From an uncultured delta proteobacterium (lineage in GTDB: Bacteria > Desulfobacterota > Desulfobacteria > Desulfobacterales > Desulfatirhabdiaceae): a stretch of 64,000 nucleotides of DNA. The stretch covers positions 32,001 through 96,000 of the forward strand of contig CAWBKP010000022.1 of NCBI GenBank assembly GCA_963789395.1. Reading direction: 5' to 3'. Positions 61,896-64,000 of the stretch are shown one piece after another. A model generated the notes under the pieces. The model had not been told where the DNA came from and made no database searches. It worked only from the letters and a program-made list of their open reading frames with translations. Position 1 is the first letter of the stretch. Every line of letters starts with the position of its first letter. Made by a program: the position numbers and the translations under genes.

Positions 61896-64000
61896 TTGAA
61901 AACAGAAGACCAAATAGTACCGTTTCACTGTACTGATTTGACCGGAAATCGGGTTTTGGTTCTGGCGCCCCATCCCGATGATGAAACCATCGGCTGCGGA
62001 GGAGCCCTTGCCCTCCATGCGGAGGCTGGTGACCCTGCCCGGGTTGTCATTTTGACCAATGGGGCAAAAGGGGATGTTTTCGGAAGATTTGTAAAGGATG
62101 ACTATATTGCCGTTCGCCGACGGGAAACCCGCGCGGCATGTGCCTGCCTGGGGATTTCCGATGTGATCTTCTGGTCTTATGAAGACAGGGGACTGGCCGA
62201 TGCCGGAACTGTTGTCCCGGATATGGTCGCACTGATCAATACCTATGGTCCGGACTTGATTTATGCACCCTCACCGCTGGAATTCCATCCGGATCATCGG
62301 TCAGCGGCGGATTTTATCCAGGCAGCGTTAAAATATTGCCGGACAGATGCTGAAGTCCTGTTTTATGAAGTTGGTCAGCCGTTGCAGGTCGATGTTCTGG
62401 TGGACATTACCGGTGTTCTGGGCAAAAAAAGACAGGCGATGCAGCAATACCGGAGCCAGTTGGAAGAACGTCCTTATGATGAAGTGGCGATGGCCTTGAA
62501 CCGTTTCAGAAGCCTGACATTGCCCGATAAGGTGACGCACGCGGAGGGGTTTATCGAGATATAAACCTCCCATTCCAAGCGTCGGCATCCGGAACATGGC
62601 TGCATGGTCGGCTGAACCGGTTGCAACATCTCCGATGGATTGTTCCGGATACGCACTTGCTGTGATTGTCCGGACCCAGGGAATTCGACAGACAATGCTG
62701 AAAGAAGCACTGACATCGATATCCCGTCAATCGGATTCCTGTCTGGCGGTAGTGGTGGTTCATGCCGGAACCGATATGCTGGAACCGGTTGAATCGGTAT
62801 GCCGCGAGATTCACGGCCTCTCCTATGCGCTGATTCATGCAGACCGGATTGAAAACAAGCGAGGATACCCCCTGAATGTCGGATTGCAATACGCCCGCAC
62901 TGCTTCCTGCGGATTCGAGGCTATTGCTTTTCTCGACGATGATGACATTCTGTATTCAGATTTTTCCGCCAGGATGATCCAAGCCATGAGGGAAACCGGT
63001 GCGGACGTAATCTGTGCAGCCAGTAACCGCAGCGTTCCGGGTCAGGCAGTGGAAAAAGGGTATCGGCCGATTTCGTTTCTGAATCTCTTTGTTCGGAATT
63101 TTATCCCCATTAACAGTTTTATCATCCGGCTGGCGGCGTTAGTAAAAACCCCGGTCTTTTTCGATGAATCTCTGGATGTCGTTGAAGACTGGCATTTTAT
63201 GCTGCAATTGCTTCAGAATGGCTTTCGCTTCGATGCCATCATGGATACCCTTTCAGAACACCGGATCATTTCCGATGGAAACAAAATCGTAAAGGATAAT
63301 CCCGAGATATGGGAGCAGGCTTACAGCCGGATTCATACCTATATCCGCGGCAGTTCATTTCTGTTGAACGGTCTGATGCTTCATTGCCTGATCGAAGAGT
63401 TAACAAATAATAAGATGGATCTTCAAAGACAGTGTGAAAAACAGGAAAAAGACCTGATGATGAAAGAAGAACAGGAGATCGCTTTAAAAACTCAAATCCA
63501 TCAGAAGGATATGCAGTTGCAGGAATCTGAACGAAAAATTACTTCTATCGAACAGATTCTGTCGGAGAAGGAATGTTTTCTACAGGAAATTTTTGCTTCA
63601 AAAGGGTGGTGCTGGCTTACCCGGTACCGGGATATGAAACAACGTCTGGACATTGAACCGCTGCGGTGGATAATAAAGGGTATTGCTTCAGGTGTTTTTT
63701 TCTCAAAACAAATTTGTTTAAGTGGATTGCGATGGCTTTATCACCGGCTTCCTTTGACAGAATCCGCCAGTTACGGCGTGAAATCTTTTTTTTATCAGTG
63801 GGTTGGATTCCTGTTTCAAAGCACCATATCCTATCAGATATGGCGGAATGCCAGAGGTGAAGTGCGTCAACTCCCGTCATTTATGAGCCTGTCCGGCGGT
63901 ATCCAGACCATTGATCCGGAAGAGGTGCTATGCTTCCCGCAACCCCGGAACCCGGATATTTCAGTTGTCGTTCCTCTCTATCACCGAACGGACAGTCAGC
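61896..64000 (+). CDS. PIG-L deacetylase + GT2 + coiled coil + start of a second GT2 (frameshift near 62545, 3' partial)
   Basis: APHPDDE..G.GG and HPDH. Frame +1 is open from 62536 to the window end and gives AVIVRT, FLDDDD, NFIPIN, EDW, a heptad-rich segment, EIFASKGW..LTRYR, then PDISVVVPLY. Confidence 0.75.

Noticed and set aside
62745..62756. GGCGGTAG ops-like element
   Set aside because: It lies inside a GT2 coding frame, has no JUMPstart context, and only partly matches the consensus.
1..64000. CRISPR arrays, transposases, integrases, rRNA
   Set aside because: No repeat-spacer pattern or matching protein or RNA signature was seen.

Overview
This window is one continuous cell-surface glycan and secretion locus, almost all on the + strand, from a Gram-negative bacterium. 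A Desulfobacterota-like origin is my impression only. Many genes are split by single-base indels, often in homopolymers, which is most consistent with an unpolished long-read assembly, so split genes are reported as whole genes. Layout: (1) 1-26 kb holds GT4 and GT2 enzymes, several DPM1-like polyprenol-phosphate glycosyltransferases with GT-C-like membrane partners, a pyruvyltransferase, an AsnB-like amide ligase, two sulfotransferases, a radical SAM/SPASM enzyme and a Wzx flippase. (2) 26.6-42.2 kb holds ugd and uxs (UDP-xylose), then a type II secretion operon (gspG,E,F,H,I,J,K,L,M,D and a GspC-like gene) with a TMTC-like TPR protein O-glycosyltransferase embedded in it. (3) 42.4-45.1 kb holds a SurA/PrsA-like chaperone lacking a PPIase domain, a small lipoprotein, and a Tyr/Cys-rich secreted protein with a strong RBS and its own terminator, which is a likely S-layer protein. 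(4) 45.1-64 kb holds a Wzm/Wzt ABC glycan exporter, six methyltransferase domains, acyltransferase and GNAT enzymes, more GT-C/DPM1 pairs, and a PIG-L deacetylase-GT2-coiled-coil-GT2 protein that runs off the window. The best candidate for an undescribed system is a self-contained S-layer glycoprotein locus: dedicated T2SS, TMTC-type glycosyltransferase, chaperone, lipoprotein, S-layer gene and glycan export. No rRNA, intact tRNA, CRISPR array or mobile element was recognised. Family assignments come from motif recognition, not database searches.
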